From a virus (taxonomy: Duplodnaviria > Caudoviricetes): a stretch of DNA of 26,736 bases. A program made the position numbers and the translations under genes. The DNA lies in IMG/VR virus record IMGVR_UViG_3300004804_000025, positions 1 to 26,736 of that record. One strand, 5' to 3'. Of this stretch, positions 1 through 7,635 are shown in pieces. The first letter of the stretch is position 1. The number at the start of each line of letters is the position of its first letter. Under the pieces are notes generated by a model that saw nothing but the letters and a program-made list of their open reading frames with translations, was not told the origin of the DNA and searched no databases.

Positions 1-98
1 TTGAGTTGAGATTTTCTCTTTAACTCTAAAAGGTAGTTGTTTCCCCCTTCGTAGGTTTCTAATAATGATAATGACTTCGATTCTATTGATACTTCCAT
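1..98 (-). CDS. 5' end of a divergently transcribed gene, truncated by the window edge; possibly an SNF2-type helicase
   Basis: ATG at 98 on the minus strand reads MEVSIESKSLSLLETYEGGNNYLLELKRKSQL and stays open to the window edge. A promoter-like element lies at 150..120. The helicase identity is only my recollection of similar N-termini in related large phages; no helicase motif is visible here. Confidence 0.6.
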   Translation of the reverse strand, partial: MEVSIESKSLSLLETYEGGNNYLLELKRKSQL

Positions 99-119
99 TG
101 ATGGAAAAAATATTTGAGT

Positions 120-150
120 TAAATATAGTTATAATTAAAGTATTTATCAA
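120..150 (-). promoter_or_regulatory. host-RNAP-type (early/middle) promoter for the leftward gene
   Basis: Minus strand reads TTGATA-N17-TATATT(TAA). It has the same architecture as the promoter upstream of the SSB gene. Confidence 0.55.
141..147 (+). promoter_or_regulatory. putative late promoter element TATTTAT
   Basis: The motif lies just upstream of ATG 152 and recurs upstream of most structural genes. Confidence 0.5.
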
Positions 151-151
151 T

Positions 152-664
152 ATGGAAAAATTAGTACCGATTACGAGGTTAGGTAAATTTTTTGGTGGTG
201 AAGATTATGACTTAGATATAAGTATGGGTGAGGAGTGGTTAATAGGTGATATGAACTTTACTATTGTATTGTACCGTATTGATAGACAAAAGACAAAAAC
301 TGATGGTGTATACGGTGAGGTTTTAGAAGACGGTATACAATTTTTAGCACCTGTTGAACTCAAGGGTTTGGTTCAAATTATGGCGCCAACTAATAAGTTA
401 TTAGGTAGTTCCAAAATTAAACAAGATGAGCCAGGTAACATGAAGTTTTCTATTTATCAAAAAACTCTTGATGACATGCAAGTCAATATTTTTATGGGTG
501 ACTATATTGGATATTATGAAACTGAAGATAGAGTTAGATACTACACAATCATAGACGATGGGATTGTTAAGTCTGATAATAAACACACTTACGCTGGATA
601 TAAGCCTTTCTATAGGACAGTTACCGCAACATACGTAAGTGAAAATGAATTTAGAGGAATATAA
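152..664 (+). CDS. putative neck / head-closure protein (170 aa)
   Basis: The start was moved from 65 to ATG 152 (MEKLVPITRLG...), because 65..151 overlaps the divergent gene and promoters. Size, a beta-rich pattern (VLYRID...VYGE...PVELKG...GDYIGY) and position ahead of the tail completion and sheath genes fit T4 gp14-like neck proteins. Confidence 0.55.
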   Translation: MEKLVPITRLGKFFGGEDYDLDISMGEEWLIGDMNFTIVLYRIDRQKTKTDGVYGEVLEDGIQFLAPVELKGLVQIMAPTNKLLGSSKIKQDEPGNMKFSIYQKTLDDMQVNIFMGDYIGYYETEDRVRYYTIIDDGIVKSDNKHTYAGYKPFYRTVTATYVSENEFRGI

Positions 665-1704
665 TGCCGTTACCAAGACAAGTTAAACCAACATTACCTT
701 TGGTCCCTAAAAAAGTATTATCTGCTCGTAGGGAACAATTATTAGAATACATCAACAAAGATGGAACTTACTTACCTAAGTCAGTTTTGCATGCCGATTT
801 AGATAGAGGTATGTTAGATTTTGTTAAAGGTGATTTACAAGTGGTAAGTGCGGGAAGTATAGTTCCTATGGTGGATATCATTATTACAAGTCAGAACTGG
901 TCTCAATATGTTGAAACCGCAATGTTCACTAACTTGGATAATAACCCCGAACCTCCATTCATTACGGTAGTTAGACAACCTGAAGTTAAGTTTGGTACAA
1001 ATCCAGCACTTCTTTATACAATACCTAATAGAAAACAATTTTATTATGCTTCGGTTCCAACTTGGAATGGAAATGAACAAGGTATGGATATCTACACTAT
1101 TCCACAACCAGTTCCTGTTGATATCAACTATTCAGTTAAAATTATTTGTAACAGAATGAGAGAATTGAATCAGTTGAATAAAGTTGTGATGCAAAAGTTT
1201 TCTTCAAGACAAGCCTACACGTTCATTAAAGGACAATATGTTCCAATTATCTTAAACAATATTGCCGACGAGTCTCAAATGCAAATTGAGAACAGAAAAT
1301 ATTTTATTCAGAATTATGACTTCACAATGTTGGGATACTTAATTGATGAAGAAGAGTTTCAAGTTAAACCAGCAATTTCTAGAGTTGCTCAAATCTTTGA
1401 ACTTGATGTTAGTAGTTTTAGACAAAAGAAAAGAAGGGAGCCCGAAAATCCCGATAGTTTTCTTTCAAATATTTTATTTGTTGCGGGAACTAATATTTTA
1501 AGTGAAAGAATTGATTTTACGGCTGACTTATCTTTTGTTAATTCTAATAATGTTGATACATACGAAGTCTACATCAACGATGATTATTATGGTATCGATT
1601 CTCAAAGAATTCAAATAACAACTAACGATGTTTTAAGAATTGAAGTTGTTAAGAATGACAATACTAAAGATGCCAATATTGAGTTTGAAGATAAATTAGT
1701 TTAA
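664..1704 (+). CDS. putative tail completion / tail terminator (sheath stabiliser) protein
   Basis: Coupled to the previous ORF by TAATG and directly upstream of the sheath gene. The segment PVPVDINYSVKIICNRMRELNQLNKVVMQKF resembles the T4 gp15-like 'PVP.d..Y.l.i......dl.ql.e.i...F' pattern. Confidence 0.6.
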   Translation: MPLPRQVKPTLPLVPKKVLSARREQLLEYINKDGTYLPKSVLHADLDRGMLDFVKGDLQVVSAGSIVPMVDIIITSQNWSQYVETAMFTNLDNNPEPPFITVVRQPEVKFGTNPALLYTIPNRKQFYYASVPTWNGNEQGMDIYTIPQPVPVDINYSVKIICNRMRELNQLNKVVMQKFSSRQAYTFIKGQYVPIILNNIADESQMQIENRKYFIQNYDFTMLGYLIDEEEFQVKPAISRVAQIFELDVSSFRQKKRREPENPDSFLSNILFVAGTNILSERIDFTADLSFVNSNNVDTYEVYINDDYYGIDSQRIQITTNDVLRIEVVKNDNTKDANIEFEDKLV

Positions 1705-1859
1705 TCACCATAGATATCTTTCTTCTCTTTACATTTTTCAATTATCAAATTCTCAATAAACTTATAAATTTTAATACCTCTTTTATCACAATACTTTTTT
1801 AGTATATCGTGTGATTCAGGTGATATTTTTAGATTCTTTATTTCTTTCTTTGTTTTCAT
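1701..1859 (-). CDS. small ribbon-helix-helix-like DNA-binding protein (52 aa)
   Basis: Hand translation gives MKTKKEIKNLKISPESHDILKKYCDKRGIKIYKFIENLIIEKCKEKKDIYGD*. It shows an alternating beta strand (KNLKIS), a helix, a G-x turn and a second helix. It fills most of the intergenic gap and is not in the ORF track. Confidence 0.75.
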   Translation of the reverse strand: MKTKKEIKNLKISPESHDILKKYCDKRGIKIYKFIENLIIEKCKEKKDIYGD

Positions 1860-1937
1860 GGTAGAAAAAAGGCAGAATTAATTCATACCGTTTACAAATA
1901 CATATCCAAAAGTCAAGTTTTTTGTGTTAGTAATGAA

Positions 1938-1944
1938 TATTTAT
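1938..1944 (+). promoter_or_regulatory. putative late promoter element TATTTAT (sheath gene)
   Basis: Intergenic, 34 nt upstream of the sheath ATG at 1979. Confidence 0.55.
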
Positions 1945-1978
1945 CATTAAAATAAATCTGCACAAGAATTAATTAATA

Positions 1979-4900
1979 ATGGCAACAGCACAAGCAAATC
2001 AAAAAGTATTCGTATCACCTGGCGTATACACTTCTGAAACGGACTTATCGTTCGTAGCTCAGAGCGTAGGTGTAACGACATTAGGTTTAGTTGGTGAGAC
2101 AATAAAAGGTCCAGCCTTCGAACCTGTTTTTATAACAAATTACGACGAGTTCCAAGCCTACTTTGGTGGGACAGAACCTGTTAAGTTTGTGAATACACAA
2201 ATCCCAAAATATGAGGCTGCGTACATCGCAAAATCTTATTTACAACAATCGAACCAATTATTCGTAACAAGAGTATTAGGTTTATCAGGTTATGATGCTG
2301 GTCCATCATGGAGCATTAGAGTAACATCTAACGTAGACCCAACAACTATTGATGTTGATACATCAGGTTTAACATTTACTATTGATTTCAGTGGTAATGC
2401 CAGTGGAGGTACATTTGGATTCACTTCGTCTGATTCAGTTTTCACGACTTTTATACAACCTAACTTGAATATTCAATATGTTTTAAGTGATGGAAGTACA
2501 TCGACATTATTTAATGATTTTCAAAATAGTACAAGTTTTGTTTATAACACACCAACATTATCTGCAACAACTGCATATGTGTATGGTGCAATCCCTAGTT
2601 CAGATTATTGGATGTTAACATCTGAATATAATACAGTTGTTAATGAATATCTTTGTGATACACTTAACTTAGATACTAACGATTTAAGTTCAAATAGCAA
2701 TGACCCTTGGTATTATGCTAATTTTAGTAACTATATGGATAACAATTATTCAGGTTATTCTTTTTACTATGAAATTATCAATTATGCAACAGGGGCGACA
2801 GGAGAGTATACAGGTACTTTAACAGGTAATGTTAATAGCTTTATGGGCTCAGCATATCCTGAATTTAATAACATGGTTATCGCTACACTTCGTTCGAGAG
2901 GTATTTCATTATATGATAACAGTGTTGATAGTATGAATCATGGTCCTATTTACCAAGTAAGTGGATTAACTGATTTACAAATGGTATGTAGTGGTCAATA
3001 CTCAGGTATTACTAAATCACCATACGCACATTTCTTATTATCAGGCGTTACTATTGAAGGTAATAATTTTTCTCTTGAAGCTTCATTAGGAGCTGCGGAT
3101 TCAAAATACATAACAAAAGTATTAGGTGTTGATAATTTTGGTAAATCAAGATATGAGGTTCCTGTGTTTGTTGAAGAAATTTATCCAGGTTCTTTAAATT
3201 ATGCATTTAACCAAGGTTATATTAAAGGATTAAATTGTGAGTTGATTGCATTACCTGACGCTAGAAGTCAAAGTAGTTCTTCAATTGCTTGGAATTTAGA
3301 AAAATATCAATCACCTGAAACACCATTTTTGGTTTCAGAATTAAGAGGTAATAAAGTTTATAATTTATTTAAGTTCATTTCAATTTCTGATGGAGATTCT
3401 GCAAATTATGAAATTAAAATTTCAATTGCAAACTTATCGTTTAATAATATGAGTTTTGATGTTTTAGTTAGAAACTTCTATGATACAGATGCAAATCCAG
3501 TTGTCATTGAAAAATTCACAAATTGTAATATGGACCCAGCTTCTAACAACTACGTTGCAAAGAAAATTGGTACTTCAAATGGTGAGTTTGCGCTTCTTTC
3601 AAAATACGTTATGTTAGAAATGGCAGATAACGCTCCTGTGGATTCAATCCCATGTGGTTTTTATGGTTACATCCAAAGACAATATGCAAATACGTCTAAC
3701 CCAGCACCTTATCCTAAATTTAAAACAAAATATTACTACCCAGGTGAAGTAATTGCTGACCCTCCATTCGGAAGTCCTTATGGTGGAACAAACGCAGTTG
3801 AGTCTCCTGGTAATATCGTAAGAAGAGCTTACTTAGGATTTTCTACTGAATATGGTATTGATGAATCATTCTTAGATTATAAAGGAAAACAAAATCCACA
3901 ACAAGCTTGGGCAACAGCAACTGACTCAATGCCTTGGAACGTTTTATCTAAAGGTTTCCATATGGACTCAGGAGCAACTGTTGTAACAATCGGTAACTAT
4001 TATGATACAAGTGGTGAAACAGCATTTGAGTGTGGTGTAGCAGATTTTAGAACAGACCCAGCAACACAAGAAAATCCTTACTATTTTATTTACTCAAGAA
4101 AGTACACAGTATGTTTCGCAGGTGGATTTGACGGATGGGATATCTATAGAGAATATAGAACTAACGAAGATAGATTCCAATTAGGTGCATCAGGTTATTT
4201 AGCTGGAGCTGCCGCTTCAGTAAGATACCCAACAGCAACAGGTGACGGATTGTTCAAAAGAATTGTTGTTCAAAACAATACTCAAGACTTTGCAAACACC
4301 GACTACTACGCTTACTTACTTGGTATCTTAACATTTGCTAACCCTGAAGCAACAAACATTAACGTGTTTGCGACAGGTGGTATTGATTATGTTTACAATT
4401 CTAACTTAGTAGAAGAAACAATTCAAATGATACAATATTCAAGAGCTGACTCTGTGTATATCACAACAACTCCTGACTACAACATGTACTTACCAGATTC
4501 TACTGACCCTCAAGCAATTATCTATCCTCAAGAAGCGGTTGATAACCTTGATAATACAGGAATCGATTCTAACTATACAGCTACTTATTATCCTTGGATT
4601 TTAACAAGAGATACAGTAAATAATACACAAATCTACTTACCTCCAACAGGTGAAGTTTGTAGAAACTTAGCGTTGACTGATAACATTGCATTCCCTTGGT
4701 TCGCATCAGCGGGTTACACAAGAGGTCTTGTAAATTCAATCAAAGCTAGAGTTAAGTTGACTCAAGAAGATAGAGATACTCTTTATCAAGGTAGAATCAA
4801 CCCAATCGCAACATTCTCAGACGTTGGTACAGTAATTTGGGGTAACAAAACTTTACAAGTTGCTGACACAGCTCTTAACAGATTGAATGTTAGAAGATTG

Positions 4901-5188
4901 TTATTACAAGCTCGTAAGTTAATTTCAGCGGTAGCGATTAGATTGTTATTTGAACAAAACGACCAAATCGTTAGACAACAATTCTTGGATAGTGTTAACC
5001 CTATCTTAGATGGTATCAGAAGAGACAGAGGTCTTTATGATTTCCGTGTAACAGTATCATCTTCACCAGAAGATTTAGATGCAAACAGACTTACAGGTAA
5101 AATATACCTTAAACCAACTAAAGCACTTGAATTCATTGATATCGAATTCTTTATCACTCCTACAGGTGCTTCATTTGAAAATATATAA
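1979..5188 (+). CDS. contractile tail sheath protein
   Basis: N-terminus has VSPGVYTSETDLS...GETIKGPAFEPVFITNYDEFQAYFG. C-terminus has YYPW, PWFASAGYTRG, RDTLYQGRINPI, WGNKTL, LNVRRLL and PTKALEFIDIEF. These are hallmark T4 gp18-family sheath motifs. Confidence 0.96.
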   Translation: MATAQANQKVFVSPGVYTSETDLSFVAQSVGVTTLGLVGETIKGPAFEPVFITNYDEFQAYFGGTEPVKFVNTQIPKYEAAYIAKSYLQQSNQLFVTRVLGLSGYDAGPSWSIRVTSNVDPTTIDVDTSGLTFTIDFSGNASGGTFGFTSSDSVFTTFIQPNLNIQYVLSDGSTSTLFNDFQNSTSFVYNTPTLSATTAYVYGAIPSSDYWMLTSEYNTVVNEYLCDTLNLDTNDLSSNSNDPWYYANFSNYMDNNYSGYSFYYEIINYATGATGEYTGTLTGNVNSFMGSAYPEFNNMVIATLRSRGISLYDNSVDSMNHGPIYQVSGLTDLQMVCSGQYSGITKSPYAHFLLSGVTIEGNNFSLEASLGAADSKYITKVLGVDNFGKSRYEVPVFVEEIYPGSLNYAFNQGYIKGLNCELIALPDARSQSSSSIAWNLEKYQSPETPFLVSELRGNKVYNLFKFISISDGDSANYEIKISIANLSFNNMSFDVLVRNFYDTDANPVVIEKFTNCNMDPASNNYVAKKIGTSNGEFALLSKYVMLEMADNAPVDSIPCGFYGYIQRQYANTSNPAPYPKFKTKYYYPGEVIADPPFGSPYGGTNAVESPGNIVRRAYLGFSTEYGIDESFLDYKGKQNPQQAWATATDSMPWNVLSKGFHMDSGATVVTIGNYYDTSGETAFECGVADFRTDPATQENPYYFIYSRKYTVCFAGGFDGWDIYREYRTNEDRFQLGASGYLAGAAASVRYPTATGDGLFKRIVVQNNTQDFANTDYYAYLLGILTFANPEATNINVFATGGIDYVYNSNLVEETIQMIQYSRADSVYITTTPDYNMYLPDSTDPQAIIYPQEAVDNLDNTGIDSNYTATYYPWILTRDTVNNTQIYLPPTGEVCRNLALTDNIAFPWFASAGYTRGLVNSIKARVKLTQEDRDTLYQGRINPIATFSDVGTVIWGNKTLQVADTALNRLNVRRLLLQARKLISAVAIRLLFEQNDQIVRQQFLDSVNPILDGIRRDRGLYDFRVTVSSSPEDLDANRLTGKIYLKPTKALEFIDIEFFITPTGASFENI

Positions 5189-5189
5189 C

Positions 5190-5219
5190 AAAATGGGGGG
5201 TTAATTATCCCCTATTTTT
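5190..5219 (+). terminator. probable intrinsic terminator after the sheath gene
   Basis: AAAATGGGGGG-TTAATTA-TCCCCTATTTTT forms a stem with G:U pairs and a U-tract, directly after the stop codon. Confidence 0.7.
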
Positions 5220-5227
5220 AGCCAACA

Positions 5228-6058
5228 ATGAAAAGAAAAATTAACGAAGGTTTCAAAGACGAACAAACACCAGATTTAAAATATTATGCGTTCGATTGGG
5301 ACGATAATATTGTTCACATGCCTACGAAAATTATTTTGAAAGATGATAATGATGAAGAAGTGCCAATGAGTACTGATGATTTTGCGGAATACAGAAGTCA
5401 AATTGGTAAACATGATTTTGATTATAATGGTCACACTATTGTAGGGTTTGGTAACGACCCTTTCAGAAACTTTAGAACTGAAGGAGATAAAAATTTTATA
5501 GTTGATTCTATGAAAGCAAAACCAGGACCTGCGTTCAAAGACTTCAAAGAGGCTATTAACAACGGTTCTATTTTTTCAATTATTACTGCAAGAGGTCATA
5601 ATCCGAACACACTTAAAGAAGCAATTTACAATTATATTATAAATGATTTCAATGGTATTAGTAAAGATAAGTTAGTTAAGAATTTAAAAAAATATAGGTC
5701 ATTTGTAGGAGAGGATGAAATGTCTGATGATGAATTAATCAGAAGTTATTTAGCCCTTAACAAATATCACCCTGTTTCTTTTGGAGACGAAAAAGGTGCT
5801 GCTAATCCTGAAGAAGCAAAAGTTCGTGCAATGGACGAATTTGTGGATTATATAAAAGGAATGGCTGCGGTCCTAAATAAAAGAGCATGGTTAAAAAAAG
5901 ATATTAGTAATAATTTCATACCAGATATGCCAACAATTGGTTTTTCAGACGATGACCCTAAAAACGTAGAAGTAATGAAAAAACATTTTAATAATAAACC
6001 AGATAATATAGTTAAGACTTATTCTACTTCTGGAGGAATTAAAAAGGAAGTTAAATAA
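5228..6058 (+). CDS. HAD-superfamily phosphatase-like protein
   Basis: Motif I YYAFDWDDN (DxD), motif II IITARG, motif III Lys (EEAKV) and motif IV GFSDDDPKN are present in HAD order, as in the T4 PNK phosphatase-type subfamily. Confidence 0.8.
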   Translation: MKRKINEGFKDEQTPDLKYYAFDWDDNIVHMPTKIILKDDNDEEVPMSTDDFAEYRSQIGKHDFDYNGHTIVGFGNDPFRNFRTEGDKNFIVDSMKAKPGPAFKDFKEAINNGSIFSIITARGHNPNTLKEAIYNYIINDFNGISKDKLVKNLKKYRSFVGEDEMSDDELIRSYLALNKYHPVSFGDEKGAANPEEAKVRAMDEFVDYIKGMAAVLNKRAWLKKDISNNFIPDMPTIGFSDDDPKNVEVMKKHFNNKPDNIVKTYSTSGGIKKEVK

Positions 6059-6109
6059 GAATATTCTTTTTAATTAATAAAGTAAAGAGAAATATTTTTC
6101 AACACACTA

Positions 6110-6116
6110 TATTTAT
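6110..6116 (+). promoter_or_regulatory. putative late promoter element TATTTAT (tube gene)
   Basis: Intergenic, 33 nt upstream of ATG 6150. Confidence 0.55.
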
Positions 6117-6149
6117 ATGATATAAACAAAGAAACAAAAATTTAATAAT

Positions 6150-6638
6150 ATGGCTGATTTACTGATGAAAATGCCGATACCTTACGAGCCGAAACGTCAA
6201 AACCGATTCATTTTAAGGTTTCCATCTAGCTTAGGGATTAACGAGTGGTTTGTAGAAAGTACTGCTAGACCACACATCCAAATCAACGCAACAGAAATAC
6301 CTTTCCTTAACACATCAACATATGTTGCAGGAAGATTTACGTGGCAAACTATCAACTGCGTATTTAGAGACCCAATTGGACCTTCAGCGGCTCAAGCTCT
6401 TATGGAGTGGGTTCGTCTATGTGCGGAATCGGTTACTGGTAGAATGGGATATGCTGCAGGTTATAAAAAAGATATTGACCTTGAGATGTTAGACCCAACA
6501 GGGGTTGTAGTTGAAAAATGGATTTTATATGGTACATTTATGACGGACGTAAACTTTAACTCATTAGCGTACAACACAGATGCTTTAGCAACAATTGCAA
6601 CAACATTGAGAATGGACAGATGTGTATTGGTTTACTAA
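6150..6638 (+). CDS. tail tube protein (T4 gp19-like)
   Basis: 162 aa. Contains EPKRQNRF, ARP, YVAGRFTW, YKKDIDLEMLDPTGVVVEKWIL and TTLRMD patterns typical of gp19-family tubes. It lies downstream of the sheath. Confidence 0.92.
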   Translation: MADLLMKMPIPYEPKRQNRFILRFPSSLGINEWFVESTARPHIQINATEIPFLNTSTYVAGRFTWQTINCVFRDPIGPSAAQALMEWVRLCAESVTGRMGYAAGYKKDIDLEMLDPTGVVVEKWILYGTFMTDVNFNSLAYNTDALATIATTLRMDRCVLVY

Positions 6639-6670
6639 TACTCTTTATAAAAAATTCAAAACAATTATAT

Positions 6671-6708
6671 TTAACCGTAAGGACATAAACCTTACGGTTA
6701 ATTTTTTT
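6671..6708 (+). terminator. intrinsic terminator / regulatory hairpin between tube and chaperone genes
   Basis: Perfect 12-bp stem TTAACCGTAAGG-ACATAAA-CCTTACGGTTAA followed by T7, ending 2 nt before ATG 6711. Confidence 0.85.
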
Positions 6709-6710
6709 AT

Positions 6711-7454
6711 ATGGAAGACCAATCAAGAGAATACGGACAAAGAGATTTCACATTACCACACGATGTAGTACCCCTACCATCAGAAGGCATTTTTTACAAA
6801 AATAAAAAGAAATCAGTTAAAGTTGGTTATTTAACAGCCAACGATGAGAACACCTTAATGGGTGGTGTTGCAGATATTACTACAACATTATTAAGAAATA
6901 AAATTTATGAACCAGATTTAAGAGTAGAAGATATGTTAGAGGGGGATGTAGAATCAATTCTAATATTTTTGAGAAATACTTCATTTGGGCCAGAAATGGA
7001 AATAACTGTTACAGACCCCGCAACAAGAAAACCATTTCAAACCACTGTAGATTTAAGTCAACTAACAATCATTAAAGGGCAATTACCAAATGAAGATGGT
7101 ACATTCACAATATCATTACCTAAATCACAAGTTTCCGCAAAAATTAAACCGTTAACTTATGGTGAGTTAATGGAAATACAAAGATTGGGGGATTCGTACC
7201 CTCAAGGTAGAGTAGTCCCAAAAGTAACATGGAGATTGAACAAACAGATTGTTGAATTAAATGGTACAATAGATAAAGCTGAAATTGCTAAGTTTGTAGA
7301 ACAAATGCCGATTGCAGATTCAAAATATATAAAACAATTCATGGACGATAATGAACCAAAATTGGACATGAGAAAAACAGTAACGACCCCATCAGGAGAT
7401 AGACTAACAGTTAACGTTGGTTTTGGGGCCGACTTTTTTCGTCCTTTCTTCTAA
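6711..7454 (+). CDS. tail assembly chaperone / baseplate hub assembly protein (T4 gp26-like)
   Basis: Sits between tube and tape measure. It has VPLPSEG..Y, LTANDE, D..SILIFLRNTSFG, LP.S...IKPLT and a terminal DFFRP, the pattern of gp26-like proteins. Confidence 0.75.
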   Translation: MEDQSREYGQRDFTLPHDVVPLPSEGIFYKNKKKSVKVGYLTANDENTLMGGVADITTTLLRNKIYEPDLRVEDMLEGDVESILIFLRNTSFGPEMEITVTDPATRKPFQTTVDLSQLTIIKGQLPNEDGTFTISLPKSQVSAKIKPLTYGELMEIQRLGDSYPQGRVVPKVTWRLNKQIVELNGTIDKAEIAKFVEQMPIADSKYIKQFMDDNEPKLDMRKTVTTPSGDRLTVNVGFGADFFRPFF

Positions 7455-7593
7455 TTATAGACAAGGACAAATAGATGAGTTTTACTATTTAAGTAAACTT
7501 ATGAATATTTCATATGGCGACTTTTTAGTAATGCCAGTTTTTATGAGAAAATATTTGTTGGACAAATGGATTGAAGATAATAAAAAGGACTGA
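7438..7593 (+). CDS. frameshift-accessed C-terminal extension of the tail chaperone (gpT / T4 gp51-like)
   Basis: The +1 frame from TTT_TTT_CGT reads FVLSSNYRQGQIDEFYYLSKLMNISYGDFLVMPVFMRKYLLDKWIEDNKKD*. The 'S..D...MP...R' motif is typical of gpT/gp51-like segments. The TGA lies inside the next terminator. Confidence 0.75.
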   Translation, partial: FVLSSNYRQGQIDEFYYLSKLMNISYGDFLVMPVFMRKYLLDKWIEDNKKD

Positions 7594-7608
7594 AAAATCA
7601 GTCCTTTT
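7583..7608 (+). terminator. intrinsic terminator hairpin (possibly bidirectional)
   Basis: AAAAGGACTGA-AAAA-TCAGTCCTTTT is a perfect 11-bp inverted repeat. Confidence 0.8.
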
Positions 7609-7609
7609 G

Positions 7610-7616
7610 TATTTAT
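7610..7616 (+). promoter_or_regulatory. putative late promoter element TATTTAT (tape measure gene)
   Basis: Immediately after the terminator and 19 nt upstream of ATG 7636. Confidence 0.55.
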
Positions 7617-7635
7617 ATAAAAACAAGATTTAATA

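Noticed and set aside
65-151. N-terminal extension of the first ORF from ATG 65
   Set aside because: It overlaps the divergent minus-strand CDS and both promoter elements. ATG 152 is the more plausible start.
6057-6126. Short palindromes AAGAATATTCTT and TTTATAT-G-ATATAAA as operators
   Set aside because: Almost purely A/T and not repeated convincingly elsewhere, so compatible with chance.
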